64,000 nucleotides of DNA, from the NCBI GenBank assembly GCA_035506175.1, contig DATJPZ010000049.1, forward strand, positions 13,356-77,355, read 5' to 3'. Below, in pieces: positions 55,180 through 64,000 of this stretch. Position 1 is the first letter of the stretch, and each line of letters starts with the position of its first letter. This stretch comes from Thermoanaerobaculia bacterium (lineage in GTDB: Bacteria > Acidobacteriota > Thermoanaerobaculia > UBA5066 > Gp7-AA6). The position numbers were made by a program, and so were the translations under genes. The notes under the pieces were generated by a model, which worked only from the letters and a program-made list of their open reading frames with translations, was not told the origin of the DNA and did no database searches.

Positions 55180-57174
55180 CTAGAGCGAGCCCCGGCGCAG
55201 GCGGATCGTTCCGGACGTGGTCCGAACGAGGATCTTCTCTCCGCCGCCGTTGAGGGTCAGCGTCGAGCGCTGCACGCCGTTGCGCCTGGACAGCGTGCTC
55301 TCGGGGAAGTCGGACCGAACGGCCGTCTCGTCCTCGTCGGCGCCCGTGACGACGAGCTCGACCTCGGCCTTGCAGTCGGCGGGCAGAGCGAGCGTGACGT
55401 CGCCCCCGTCGTTGCGGATCGTGACGCCGCCGCCCCGGGCGTCGCAGGCCGAGAGGCCGATGCGGATCTCGCCGCCGGCCGACGCCGCGCGGACGCCGCC
55501 GCCGACGCGCTGGACGCGGATGTCGCCGCCGGAGGTGCGCACGTCGAGGTTGCCGCCGACGCGGTCGATCCGGATGTCGCCGCCGTTGGTGTCGGCCAGC
55601 GCCGAGCCCGAGACCGACTCGACGACGATGTCGCCGGCGAGGGTCGAGGCCTTGAGGTCGCCCGTCACGGGGCCCACCACGATGTCCCCGCCGTAGGTCT
55701 TCAGCTCCGCGCCACCGCCGGCGCCTCCCACGCGGATCTCGCCTGACTGGCTCAGGATCTTGACGCGGCCGCTGACCTTGCCGATGTGGTAGTCGCCTCC
55801 CGAGGTCGAGAGGAAGTCGCCGCCCACGTCCCCGCGCACGATGTCGCCCTCGCCCAGGGGGGCGGGGGGCGCCGCGCGCGGGGCTCGAGACGCCGGCGGC
55901 GGCGGAGGTACGGGCGGCGCCGCGGGAGCGGGCGCCACGGCCACGGGCGGCACGTGAACGTGCACCGGCGGAACCGTCACGACGACGGAGCGCCGTTCGC
56001 TGACGAGGGGCCTGGCGTCCGCTTCTTTCGTGCCGGCCGCCAGCAGCAGGATCCGCCCGTTCAGCGTCTCCATGTGAACGTCGGGCCCGCCCTTGCCGAT
56101 CGAACCCGAGTATTCGCGCTGCGGGTTCGGAATCTCGATGTCCCGAAGCTGGCGTTCGACTTCGCGCATGTTCTTCTCGGCGTCGCGCATGCCGCGCTCG
56201 ACCTGGATCTCGACCTGCCGCATGGATTCCGCCAGCTGGTGGTTGAGCTCCTCGAGGTCGATCTCCTGACGGTTGCCGTCTTCGTCTTCGACCACGATGT
56301 CGGCGGACCCGTCCTTGCTCTTCGACTTGCCCTTGCCTTCGGCTTTGCCCGCCCCTTTGGTGACCCACCAGACCTTGGCCGGCGGCTGCGCGGGCAGAGG
56401 GAACGTCGAGGCGATCGTGCCGTTCATCGTGGACGCGGCGAACTCGAACCGGGCATCCTTCGGCAGCGTCAGCGTCACGTTGCCGTTGACCGACTGGAGC
56501 GAGACTTCCGAGTCTGCCGGAAGGGTCTGCGCCACGGCCTCGATGTGGCCGTTCACCGTCTGCAGGGAGATTCCGTGGCGCGCGCCTCGCGCCTCGATCG
56601 AGCCGTTCACCGACTGGAGATCGAGATCGCCGTCGAGGTCGTGGACGCGCACGTCGCCGTTGACGGTCTGCAGCTCGGCGGTGACGCCCGGCGGGACGAC
56701 GAGCTCGTAGCGGGCGGTGATCCGGCACTGTCCGCAGGGAGAACCGCCGTCGCTGTCGCCGCGGCGCCCCGAATGCGCCCCCGGGATCATCGTCTCGAGA
56801 CTCCAGCCGTCGTCGTCGTGCGAAGAGCGGATCTGGATCTTCCTGAGGATGTCGGCGGCTCTCTGCGGCGTCGCCGCCGTCACGCTCACCGTCACCACGG
56901 CGGAGAACTGTGCGCCGGGGGCGGCGATCACGTCGCCGGTGATGTTCTCGACGTGGATCGTCTGACCCGCGGCGAGGGTGCCATTGAACCGGTCGACGCG
57001 CGTCGCGGGCGCTTGCTCGGCTCTCGCCGCCGAGACGAGCATCAGCAGGAGCCCCAGCCCGAGCACGAGCCACAGCGCCAACCGATCCGCGGCGGCTGGC
57101 CGCGCCTCGGGGACGTCGACGCGTTCGCGCAATGTCGTGTCCTTCATCGTCAGAGAGAGACGTGCGGAAGTCAT
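55180..57174 (-). CDS. DUF4097 repeat (putative adhesin-like) protein with N-terminal TM anchor
   Basis: Repeated GGDI/VNG beta-strand units (SGGDIRVQRVGG, NGGDIRIDRVGG, VNGDVRVHDL) typical of DUF4097; downstream of the anti-sigma gene. Confidence 0.65.
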   Translation of the reverse strand: MTSARLSLTMKDTTLRERVDVPEARPAAADRLALWLVLGLGLLLMLVSAARAEQAPATRVDRFNGTLAAGQTIHVENITGDVIAAPGAQFSAVVTVSVTAATPQRAADILRKIQIRSSHDDDGWSLETMIPGAHSGRRGDSDGGSPCGQCRITARYELVVPPGVTAELQTVNGDVRVHDLDGDLDLQSVNGSIEARGARHGISLQTVNGHIEAVAQTLPADSEVSLQSVNGNVTLTLPKDARFEFAASTMNGTIASTFPLPAQPPAKVWWVTKGAGKAEGKGKSKSKDGSADIVVEDEDGNRQEIDLEELNHQLAESMRQVEIQVERGMRDAEKNMREVERQLRDIEIPNPQREYSGSIGKGGPDVHMETLNGRILLLAAGTKEADARPLVSERRSVVVTVPPVHVHVPPVAVAPAPAAPPVPPPPPASRAPRAAPPAPLGEGDIVRGDVGGDFLSTSGGDYHIGKVSGRVKILSQSGEIRVGGAGGGAELKTYGGDIVVGPVTGDLKASTLAGDIVVESVSGSALADTNGGDIRIDRVGGNLDVRTSGGDIRVQRVGGGVRAASAGGEIRIGLSACDARGGGVTIRNDGGDVTLALPADCKAEVELVVTGADEDETAVRSDFPESTLSRRNGVQRSTLTLNGGGEKILVRTTSGTIRLRRGSL

Positions 57175-57205
57175 CGGAGTTACGCCATCCTCGTCGAGGG
57201 CATCG

Positions 57206-58180
57206 TCAGAAGGACATCGCCTTCAGCGCCGACGCCGCCTTCGCGCGGACGAAGCCGTTTTCCTGCGGGTCGACCGCTTTCTCTTTGAGCGATTCGATCG
57301 TGCTCGCATCCGGCGACTGGCGCGCGGCGGCCGCCAGCGCGTCGATGGCCGCGAGCCTCACGGCGGGGTTCTTGTCCGACTTGAGCGCCTGGAGGAACGC
57401 CGCGCGGATTTCGGGCGTCGACTGGAACGACGCGAGCGTGTCGGCGGCCTTCTTGCGAACCCCGGGGTTGCCGTCGGCCCTGAGCGTCGAGGTCAGCGCG
57501 GCGACGATCTCGGGCGAGGCCGGCGCCGCGTTCGTCCCGTAGTGTTCGGAGACGACCTCGATCGCGCGCGACTTCTCCCCGGCGCTCTCGGAGTTGTGTG
57601 CCACGAGATAGGCGAGGAGCTTCGCGACCTCCGGGTCGTTCGGCTTGCCTTCGACTTCGCGGCGCGTCGTGACGTCGAACCCGATCGCGACGCGGCCGTC
57701 CTTGTCCGCCGGGCGATAGGAGACGTTGGCGAGGCGCGGGTTGCCGGCAAGCCCCGGAACTCCCGCCGCGCCGGGGGCCGTCGGCGTGACGGCGGCCACG
57801 GGCCAGGAAGGAGAGGCCGCGGGCGAGGCGGAGTCGCGGCCCGGAAGACCTCGCGCGAGGAGATAGCCGACGCCCGCGGCGGCGACGAGCGCCGCCGCCT
57901 GGAGGAGCGGGCGCCGGAACGTCGGCGTCGGCCGGAAGGCTTTGACGCGGCCTCGAATCATCTCCTCTTCGAGGAGCCCGAGCGTGCGGCGCCGGAACTC
58001 GGGCGTCACCTCGGGCTCGGGATCGCGGCCGAGCGTCGTCCAGAGCTCTTCGAGCCTTTCGAGGTCGCGGCGGCAGCTTTCGCAGGCGTCCACGTGAGCG
58101 TCGAGCTCGCGGCGCGAGGCCTCGGAGGCCTCGCCGGTCAGGCGTTCGATCCCAAGCGTCGTCAGGTCGCGGCAGTCCAT
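57206..58180 (-). CDS. Anti-sigma factor (ZAS zinc-finger H-x3-C-x2-C, one TM helix, periplasmic HEAT-like repeats)
   Basis: Start set at internal ATG 58180 (MDCRDLTT...ELDAHVDACESC); overlaps the sigma-gene end by 19 nt; HEAT-like repeats (NPGVRKKAADTLA, NPAVRLAAIDALA). Confidence 0.7.
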   Translation of the reverse strand: MDCRDLTTLGIERLTGEASEASRRELDAHVDACESCRRDLERLEELWTTLGRDPEPEVTPEFRRRTLGLLEEEMIRGRVKAFRPTPTFRRPLLQAAALVAAAGVGYLLARGLPGRDSASPAASPSWPVAAVTPTAPGAAGVPGLAGNPRLANVSYRPADKDGRVAIGFDVTTRREVEGKPNDPEVAKLLAYLVAHNSESAGEKSRAIEVVSEHYGTNAAPASPEIVAALTSTLRADGNPGVRKKAADTLASFQSTPEIRAAFLQALKSDKNPAVRLAAIDALAAAARQSPDASTIESLKEKAVDPQENGFVRAKAASALKAMSF

Positions 58181-58731
58181 GAGCTCTCTCCCTCGGAAAA
58201 ACGGGCCTTCAGGGTTTCGACGGCCCGGAAGATGCGGGTCTTGACGGCGCCGACCGAGATGCCGAGCGTCTTCGCGATCTCGGCGTACGGCATGCCGTGG
58301 TAGCGGGCGAGCACGAGGGCCTCGCGCTGTTCTTCGGAGAGCTCCGACAGCGCCTGGCGCACGGCGGCGCGCCGCTCGCGGGAGGCGATGACGGACTCGA
58401 CGCCCTCGGTCCGGGCGCGCGGCTCGGCGACCGACTCGAGGGGCACCACCGCGGCCCGGCGCTCGCGGCGCCGCCGGTCGCGGCACGCGTTGGCCGCGAT
58501 GGCGAAGAGCCACGACGCCACGCCGGCGCGTCCGTCGTACTGGTGCGCTCTCGAAATCACCTTGAGAAACACCTCCTGGGTCACTTCCTCGGCCGACGCC
58601 CTGTCCGACAGCATCCGGTCGGTGAATCGCAGGAGGGCCGGCGCATAGCGTTCGAAGAGCTCCGCCGCGCCGTCGGTGTCCCCACGGCGGATCCGCTCGA
58701 GGAGACCCGCGTCGTCGCTTCCCGCGTTCAT
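58162..58731 (-). CDS. RNA polymerase ECF (sigma-70 family group 4) sigma factor
   Basis: Region 2 (FERYAPALLRF..., EVTQEVFLKV) and region 4 (LSEEQREALVLARYHGMPYAEIAKTLGISVGAVKTRIFRA). Confidence 0.88.
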   Translation of the reverse strand: MNAGSDDAGLLERIRRGDTDGAAELFERYAPALLRFTDRMLSDRASAEEVTQEVFLKVISRAHQYDGRAGVASWLFAIAANACRDRRRRERRAAVVPLESVAEPRARTEGVESVIASRERRAAVRQALSELSEEQREALVLARYHGMPYAEIAKTLGISVGAVKTRIFRAVETLKARFSEGESSWTAAT

Positions 58732-58846
58732 CGGTTATCGGCCCGGCCATCTGGAGAGACGGCGGCCCGGGGGGAAGGTTTCGGCGTCACGAGGCACAAT
58801 CTACGGCTTTTTGACGCCTCGGAACCCCCTGTATAGTGCCGCCTGT

Positions 58847-59527
58847 TTGGAACACAAGGTCGTCGATTTCGCGATCCAACTCGCCGTCGTCCTCTTCGCC
58901 ATCTCCTTTCACGAGTCGGCCCACGCCTACGCCGCGCTCAAGTTCGGGGACACCACGGCACGGGACCTCGGCCGGATCAGCCTCAACCCGCTGCGCCACA
59001 TCGACCCGGTCGGAAGCATCCTCGTCCCGCTGATGCTCTATCTCTTCTCGGGGCTCATCTTCGGCGCCGCCAAGCCGACGCCGGTCGACCTGCGCAACAC
59101 GCGCGACCCCCGGCTGGCGAACCTCGTCGTGTCGGCCGCCGGGCCCGCCTCGAACTTCCTCCTGGCGGCGCTCGGCATCCTCGGTTTTGCCCTGATCCGC
59201 CGGCTGGACCCCTCCGCGATGGGGGACCTCCTCGAAGCCCTCCAGGGCAACCGCTTCGCCTCCGGGGCGCTCGCGCCGATCACGTACGTCCTCTTCTTCT
59301 TCGTGCTGGTCAACGTGATGCTCGGCGTCTTCAACCTCCTGCCCATCCCGCCGCTCGACGGCAGCGGCGTCCTGCTGTCCCTCGGCGGCGCCCCGGTCGC
59401 CCGCGTCTTCGCGGTCATCCGCCCGTTCGGCTTCCTGATCCTGATCCTGCTGATCGCGACGCCGGTTCTCGGCAATCTGTTCCGGCCGATCCAGGGCGTC
59501 GTGCTGCGTCTGATCTTCGGAGCCTGA
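58847..59527 (+). CDS. Site-2 protease family (peptidase M50B, YwhC-like) membrane protein
   Basis: FHESAHAYAALKFGD (HExxH in TM1) and LLPIPPLDGS; start TTG 58847 (alternative TTG 58811); a more upstream start would overlap the divergent sigma gene. Confidence 0.65.
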   Translation: MEHKVVDFAIQLAVVLFAISFHESAHAYAALKFGDTTARDLGRISLNPLRHIDPVGSILVPLMLYLFSGLIFGAAKPTPVDLRNTRDPRLANLVVSAAGPASNFLLAALGILGFALIRRLDPSAMGDLLEALQGNRFASGALAPITYVLFFFVLVNVMLGVFNLLPIPPLDGSGVLLSLGGAPVARVFAVIRPFGFLILILLIATPVLGNLFRPIQGVVLRLIFGA

Positions 59528-59529
59528 GC

Positions 59530-60534
59530 GTGAGCGTCGAGACCGTCCTCTCGGGACTGCGCCCGACCGGCCGCGTCCACCTCGGCAACTACTTCGGCGC
59601 CGTCAGGAACTGGGTCGGCCTGCAGGACTCGGGGAAGTACCGCTGTTATTTCTTCGTCGCGGATCTCCACGCCCTGACGACCGACTACGCCGACACCGCC
59701 GCGCTCGCCGGGAACACGCGGGAAGCCGTGCTCGACTGGCTCGCCGTCGGGCTCGATCCGGAGCGCTCGACGATCTTTCTCCAGTCGCGCGTGCCGCAGC
59801 ATGCCGAGCTCGCGCTCTACTTCTCCATGATCACGCCGCTCGGCTGGCTCGAGCGCGTGCCGACCTACAAGGACCAGATCGAACAGCTCCGCAGCCGGGA
59901 CCTCGGCACGCACGGATTTCTCGGGTACCCGGTCCTTCAGACGGCCGACATCGCCCTCTACCGGGCAACCCTCGTGCCGGTGGGGGAGGACCAGGCGAGC
60001 CATCTCGAGATCTGCCGCGAGATCGTGCGCCGCTTCAACGGCCTTTACGGCGAGGTGTTTCCGGAGCCGAGGGCGTTGTTCACCCCGACGCCCAAGGTCA
60101 ACGGGATCGACGGCCGCAAGATGTCGAAGTCGTACGGCAACACGATCGGCATCACCGAGGCCGCCGAGTCCGTCCGCGACAAGGTGATGGCCATGGTGAC
60201 GGACCCGGCGCGCGCGCGGCGCCAGGACCCGGGAAACCCCGACCACTGCAACCTCTTCCCGTTCCACGAGCTCTTTTCGCCGAAGGACGAGGTCGCGACG
60301 GTCGACCGGGAGTGCCGCACGGCCGCCCGCGGCTGCGTCGACTGCAAGAAGCACCTGATCGGGAACCTGAACGCCGCGCTCGAGCCGTTCCGTCAGAAGC
60401 GCGCGGCCCTGGTCGCTTCCCCGACCGACGTCGTGCGCGACGTGCTCCATGCCGGGGACACCCGCGCGCGGGCCTCGGCCGAAGAGACGATGGAGCGCGT
60501 GCGCGCCGCCGTGCGCCTCTCTCCGGAGCCGTGA
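59530..60534 (+). CDS. trpS: Tryptophan--tRNA ligase
   Basis: Class I HIGH-like region (PTGRVHLGNYFG), KMSKS. Confidence 0.93.
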   Translation: MSVETVLSGLRPTGRVHLGNYFGAVRNWVGLQDSGKYRCYFFVADLHALTTDYADTAALAGNTREAVLDWLAVGLDPERSTIFLQSRVPQHAELALYFSMITPLGWLERVPTYKDQIEQLRSRDLGTHGFLGYPVLQTADIALYRATLVPVGEDQASHLEICREIVRRFNGLYGEVFPEPRALFTPTPKVNGIDGRKMSKSYGNTIGITEAAESVRDKVMAMVTDPARARRQDPGNPDHCNLFPFHELFSPKDEVATVDRECRTAARGCVDCKKHLIGNLNAALEPFRQKRAALVASPTDVVRDVLHAGDTRARASAEETMERVRAAVRLSPEP

Positions 60535-61307
60535 TGCCGGACGAGACCCCGACCCGGGGGGCGCTCCCGCCCGTCGCCATCCCGGCCTTCAACGGCCCGC
60601 TCGACCTCCTGCTCCACCTGATCCGGGTCAACGAGGTCTCCATCACGGACATCCCGATCGCGGAGATCACGGAGCAGTACACGTCGTACCTCGACACGAT
60701 GCGCGAGCTCGACCTCGACGTCGCCTCGGAGTACGTGGCGCTCGCCGCGGAACTGATCTACATCAAGTCGAAGATGCTCCTGCCGAGGGTGCCGGGCGAA
60801 GAGGCGATCGACCCCCGGGCGGACCTCGCCCAGCGCCTGCTCGAGTACGAGAAGTTCAAGCGCTCGGCCGAGACGCTCCACGCCATCGACACCCTGCGCG
60901 GGGGGCTCTGGCCCCGGCCCGAGACCGAGGTGCCGAAGGCGGACGGCTCCGAGGAGACGCTCGAGGTCTCGCTCTTCGACATCATCGAGGCCTTCCGCGG
61001 GGTCACCGAGCGCTACCGCCTCGCCCATCCGCCGGCCCTGGCCATCCACCATCTGCGCTTTTCGGTCGCCGAGAAGATGATCGAGCTCCTCGAGCGCCTC
61101 GACGCGGCGCGGACCATGCCGCTCCTCGAGTTTCTCGGCCAGATGCGCTACCGCGCGGAGGCCGTCACCACCTTCCTCGCCTGTCTCGAGCTGATCCGTC
61201 TGGGCGTCGTGCGGGCGTTCCAGGTCCGCGCGTTCGCCGAGATTCACGCGTCGCGCACCGAAGTCCCGTTCACGGCCCAGCAGATACGCGATAATTACGC
61301 CGAGTGA
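60534..61307 (+). CDS. scpA: Segregation and condensation protein A
   Basis: FNGPLDLLLHLIRVNEVSITDIPIAEITEQY typical ScpA N-terminus. Confidence 0.88.
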   Translation: MPDETPTRGALPPVAIPAFNGPLDLLLHLIRVNEVSITDIPIAEITEQYTSYLDTMRELDLDVASEYVALAAELIYIKSKMLLPRVPGEEAIDPRADLAQRLLEYEKFKRSAETLHAIDTLRGGLWPRPETEVPKADGSEETLEVSLFDIIEAFRGVTERYRLAHPPALAIHHLRFSVAEKMIELLERLDAARTMPLLEFLGQMRYRAEAVTTFLACLELIRLGVVRAFQVRAFAEIHASRTEVPFTAQQIRDNYAE

Positions 61308-61314
61308 TGCCCGC

Positions 61315-62040
61315 ATGAGCGAGACCGAACCCGGAACCGGCGCCGTCGCGGTGGCCGAGAAGGAAGAGCGCCCCCCGCGCGAGACCTCGGGCGCCCGGAT
61401 CCTCGGCGCGGTCGAGGCGGTGCTCTTCTCGTCGCCGCGGCCGGTCCGCGAAAAGGACCTCGGGGAGCTGCTCGACGCGACGCCGGCGGCCGTCTCGGAG
61501 GCGCTCTCGATGCTGGGAACTCGCACCGACGGGGAAGACCGCGGCATCCGCCTCGAGAAGGTCGCCGGCGGCTGGCGCTTCGTGACGCGCCCGGAGTTCG
61601 ACGGGCTCCTGCGGCGGTTCCACGAAGTCACCGAGCGGAGCCGCCTGTCCCTCGCCGCCCTCGAGACGCTCGCCATCATCGCCTACCGCCAGCCGATCAC
61701 GCTGCCCGAAATCCAGGAGATCCGCGGCGTCAACTCCTCGAGCGTGCTGAAGACGCTGTTCGAGAAGAAGCTGATCACGACGGCCGGGAAGAAGGCCGTG
61801 GTGGGTTCCCCGTTTTTCTACCGCACGACGCCCGACTTCCTGATGCGCTTCGGGTTGAACGAGCTCGACGAGCTGCCGCGCCCCGAGGATCTCGATGCGG
61901 ACCTCGCGTCGACGCTGGAGGCGCGGGAGATTGCGGCGCCGACGGCCGCGGCGCCCTCCATCCACGTCGAGGTCGAGACGGGCGAGGACGCGCTCGACGA
62001 CGCGGACGCGCCGGGGCCCGAACCCGACGCGGAGGTCTGA
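61315..62040 (+). CDS. scpB: Segregation and condensation protein B
   Basis: ILGAVEAVLFSSPRPV...ETLAIIAYRQPITLPEIQEIRGV winged-helix repeats. Confidence 0.88.
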   Translation: MSETEPGTGAVAVAEKEERPPRETSGARILGAVEAVLFSSPRPVREKDLGELLDATPAAVSEALSMLGTRTDGEDRGIRLEKVAGGWRFVTRPEFDGLLRRFHEVTERSRLSLAALETLAIIAYRQPITLPEIQEIRGVNSSSVLKTLFEKKLITTAGKKAVVGSPFFYRTTPDFLMRFGLNELDELPRPEDLDADLASTLEAREIAAPTAAAPSIHVEVETGEDALDDADAPGPEPDAEV

Positions 62041-62041
62041 C

Positions 62042-62791
62042 CTGGCGCTCGTCCGCATCCAGAAAATCATCGCGTCGAGCGGCCTCGCCTCCCGCCGCGA
62101 AGCCGAGGAGTGGATCCGGCAAGGGCGGGTGCGCGTCAACGGCAAGCTCGCGAGCCTCGGCGACCGCGCCGACCCGGTCGCCGACTCGATCAAGGTCGAC
62201 GACCGCCGCGTCCGCGCCGCCTCGGGACCGCGGACGTACCTTCTCCTGAACAAGCCGAAAGGCTACGTCACGACGGTGAGCGATCCCGAGGGCCGCGACA
62301 CGGTGCTGCAGCTCCTGCCCGGGCGCCTGCGCCGGACGGTGAAGCCGGTCGGCCGCCTCGACGTGCAGACGGAGGGCCTGCTCCTCCTGACGGACGACGG
62401 CGACCTCGCGCGGCTCGTGACGCATCCGTCGACGGGTTGCCCCAAGGAGTACCTCGTGAAGGTCTCCGGCGAGCCGACGCCCGCGCAGCTCGAAAAGCTG
62501 CGGCGCGGCGTTTTTCTCGACGGCGAGCGGACGCGGCCCTGCGACATCGACCGCGTGTCGGGCACGCCGCGCCGCGAGGGGCAGGAAGGCAACACGTGGC
62601 TTCGGGTCACGCTCCGCGAGGGCCGAAGCCGGCAACTCCGCCGGATGTTCGCGGCGGTCGGCCACCCGGTGTCCAAGCTCCGCCGCGTCGCGATCGGGCC
62701 GGTGCGCGACGAGACCCTGTCGCCCGGGGCGAGCCGGCTCCTGAGCGCCGCCGAAGTCGCCGCCCTGAAGCGGCTCGGAAAACCGCAGTGA
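62042..62791 (+). CDS. rluB: 23S rRNA pseudouridine synthase (RluB/RsuA family), probable CTG start
   Basis: S4 domain (RIQKIIASSGLASRREAEEWIRQGRVRVNGK) plus catalytic GRLDVQTEGLLLLTDDG; no ATG/GTG/TTG between the scpB stop and the S4 domain except TTG 61931 deep inside scpB; CTG 62042 has a GGAGGT SD 5 nt upstream. Confidence 0.75.
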   Translation: MALVRIQKIIASSGLASRREAEEWIRQGRVRVNGKLASLGDRADPVADSIKVDDRRVRAASGPRTYLLLNKPKGYVTTVSDPEGRDTVLQLLPGRLRRTVKPVGRLDVQTEGLLLLTDDGDLARLVTHPSTGCPKEYLVKVSGEPTPAQLEKLRRGVFLDGERTRPCDIDRVSGTPRREGQEGNTWLRVTLREGRSRQLRRMFAAVGHPVSKLRRVAIGPVRDETLSPGASRLLSAAEVAALKRLGKPQ

Positions 62792-63465
62792 GCCCCCCGC
62801 TGATCGTGGCCATCGACGGCCCGTCGGGCGCCGGCAAGTCGTCGGCCGCGCGGGCGCTCGCGGCGCGGCTCGGGGTCCCGTACATCGACACGGGCGCGAT
62901 GTACCGGGCCGTCGGCCTCGCGGCCCGCGAGAGGGGCATCGCCCTGCCGATCGCCGACCCGGACGCCGTCGCCGCGCTCGTGTCCGGCGCCTCGATCGAG
63001 CTCGTGCCTTCGCCCGGGGGCAACCGCGTGCTGCTCGACGGCCGCGACGTCTCCGAGGCGATCCGGGAACCGGAGATCTCCCTCTACGCCTCCGCGGTGT
63101 CAGCCATCCCGGCGGTCCGGCGCTCGCTCGTCGCCGTCCAGCAGCGGCTCGGGAAGGAGCGGGGCGGGGTGATGGAGGGCCGGGACATCGGGACGCGTGT
63201 GTTCCCCGACACCCCCTACAAGTTCTTCCTGACGGCAGATCCCTCCGTCCGGGCACAACGGCGGACGCGCGAGCTCGAAGCCCGGGGGACCCCCCAGCCC
63301 TACGAAGACGTGCTCCGGGACATGGAAAAGCGCGACCGGGACGACGGGTCCCGGGCCGATTCCCCCCTGACCTACGACAGCCGGTACGTGCTGGTCGACT
63401 CGACCGGGAGGCCCCTGGAAGCCGTCGTGGACGAGATCGAGGGCCGGGTTCGCGAGGCCATTTGA
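62788..63465 (+). CDS. cmk: Cytidylate kinase
   Basis: GTGA overlap with rluB; IVAIDGPSGAGKSS P-loop, YIDTGAMYRA. Confidence 0.92.
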   Translation: MSPPLIVAIDGPSGAGKSSAARALAARLGVPYIDTGAMYRAVGLAARERGIALPIADPDAVAALVSGASIELVPSPGGNRVLLDGRDVSEAIREPEISLYASAVSAIPAVRRSLVAVQQRLGKERGGVMEGRDIGTRVFPDTPYKFFLTADPSVRAQRRTRELEARGTPQPYEDVLRDMEKRDRDDGSRADSPLTYDSRYVLVDSTGRPLEAVVDEIEGRVREAI

Positions 63466-63491
63466 CTCAGGCCGACGCGGCAACATAGGAT
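63462..63491 (+). promoter_or_regulatory. Putative sigma-70-type promoter for rpsA (TTGACT-18 nt-TAGGAT)
   Basis: Lower-GC intergenic stretch; the -35 overlaps the cmk stop. Confidence 0.3.
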
Positions 63492-63536
63492 ATTGCTTTG
63501 CGTCTCAGCGACTTATGAGAGGGGATCCCTTATCCG

Positions 63537-64000
63537 ATGGCGGGTGAAAATCGCAGAGAGGGAGGTCGGGAAACCGAGCCGATGGAAACCGAACAGGAAC
63601 TGACGCCGCAGGAGTATCAACACCTCCTGGCCCAGTACGAGAGCTCGTTCAAGAACTTGCAGGAGGGTCAGATCATCCGGGGGCGGGTTCTGTCGATCAC
63701 GCCGTCCGAAGTGATCGTCGACATCGGCTACAAGTCGGAGGGCATGATTCCGCTCTCCGAGTTCACCGACTTCTCCGGCCAGGTCACGATCAAGGCCGGC
63801 GACCCCGTCGACGTCCTTCTCGAGCGTACCGAGGACCAGAACGGCTACGTCGTCCTCTCGAAGGACAAGGCCGAGAAGATGAAGGTCTGGGACGAGGTCG
63901 AGAAGGCCTATCGCTCGGGCTCGACCGTCCGCGGACGGGTCATCGACCGCATCAAGGGCGGCCTGGCGGTGGACATCGGCGTCAAGGCATTCCTGCCGGG
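63537..64000 (+). CDS. rpsA: 30S ribosomal protein S1, N-terminal part (3' truncated by window edge)
   Basis: Open to the window end, so absent from the ORF track; S1 domain GQIIRGRVLSITPSEVIVDIGYKSEGMIPLSEF; conserved cmk-rpsA synteny. Confidence 0.85.
   Translation, partial: MAGENRREGGRETEPMETEQELTPQEYQHLLAQYESSFKNLQEGQIIRGRVLSITPSEVIVDIGYKSEGMIPLSEFTDFSGQVTIKAGDPVDVLLERTEDQNGYVVLSKDKAEKMKVWDEVEKAYRSGSTVRGRVIDRIKGGLAVDIGVKAFLP

Noticed and set aside
61931-62041. TTG 61931 as the rluB start (110-nt overlap with scpB)
   Set aside because: It adds a non-conserved Arg-rich leader. CTG 62042, with a GGAGGT SD, matches the orthologous N-terminus.

Overview
This 64-kb window is about 70% GC and looks like an ordinary core-genome region, probably from an Acidobacteriota- or Myxococcota-like bacterium (lineage uncertain). 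I found no CRISPR array, transposase, integrase or recognisable defence genes. About 60 genes are densely packed and often translationally coupled by ATGA/GTGA/TTGA overlaps. The gene content is as follows.

- **Start of window:** hemL (partial), a POT peptide transporter, and a TPR/acyltransferase-3/GT39 glycosylation-like cluster.
- **purA and histidine utilisation:** purA, then divergent hutH-hutU followed by a roughly 1,300-aa multi-TM sensor histidine kinase and a lipoprotein.
- **Minus-strand phospholipid operon:** tsaB, rimI, then DUF465, psd and pssA.
- **Cell-envelope and repair genes:** mutS, nagZ, ssb, murJ, dtd.
- **MshEN module:** a minus-strand operon of two paralogous MshEN (T2SS-E N-terminal, c-di-GMP-receptor-type) domain proteins flanking an IHF/HU gene, ending in a site-2 protease.
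- **Isoprenoid/ribosomal block:** TPR protein, LolB-like lipoprotein, ispE, spoVG, tRNA-Gln(UUG), a secreted PKD-domain protein, prs, rplY(ctc), pth, rpsF, rpsR, yybS-like (DUF2232) and rplI.
- **Excision repair region:** PBP1A (minus), uvrB, a two-gene small-protein module (minus), uvrC, a DUF4388-SPOR protein, a DUF4388-DnaJ-TPR protein, DUF4126 and a NYN/YacP-like protein.
- **RNase P RNA (rnpB)**, then ldcA, a cNMP-binding+FHA protein and recG.
- **End of window:** an SDR epimerase-like gene, an ECF sigma / ZAS anti-sigma / DUF4097 module (minus), a YwhC-like M50 protease, trpS, scpA, scpB, rluB, cmk and rpsA (partial).

The most notable observations are:
1. Three essential or conserved genes (psd, pth, rluB) whose conserved N-termini lie upstream of any ATG/GTG/TTG but begin at CTG codons with good Shine-Dalgarno spacing.
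2. A recurring GTAGAAT -10-like hexamer placed 6-9 nt from start codons or from the rnpB 5' end (six copies), which implies leaderless or near-leaderless transcripts.
3. The MshEN-IHF-MshEN-S2P operon.
4. A zinc-ribbon/secreted small-protein pair and a 35-nt tandem repeat in the uvrB-uvrC interval.
5. DUF4388 signalling-like proteins (one with SPOR, one with a J-domain) co-operonic with uvrC.

I see no strong evidence for a defence island or mobile element. Many long ORFs in the six-frame track are GC-driven antisense or out-of-frame artefacts.
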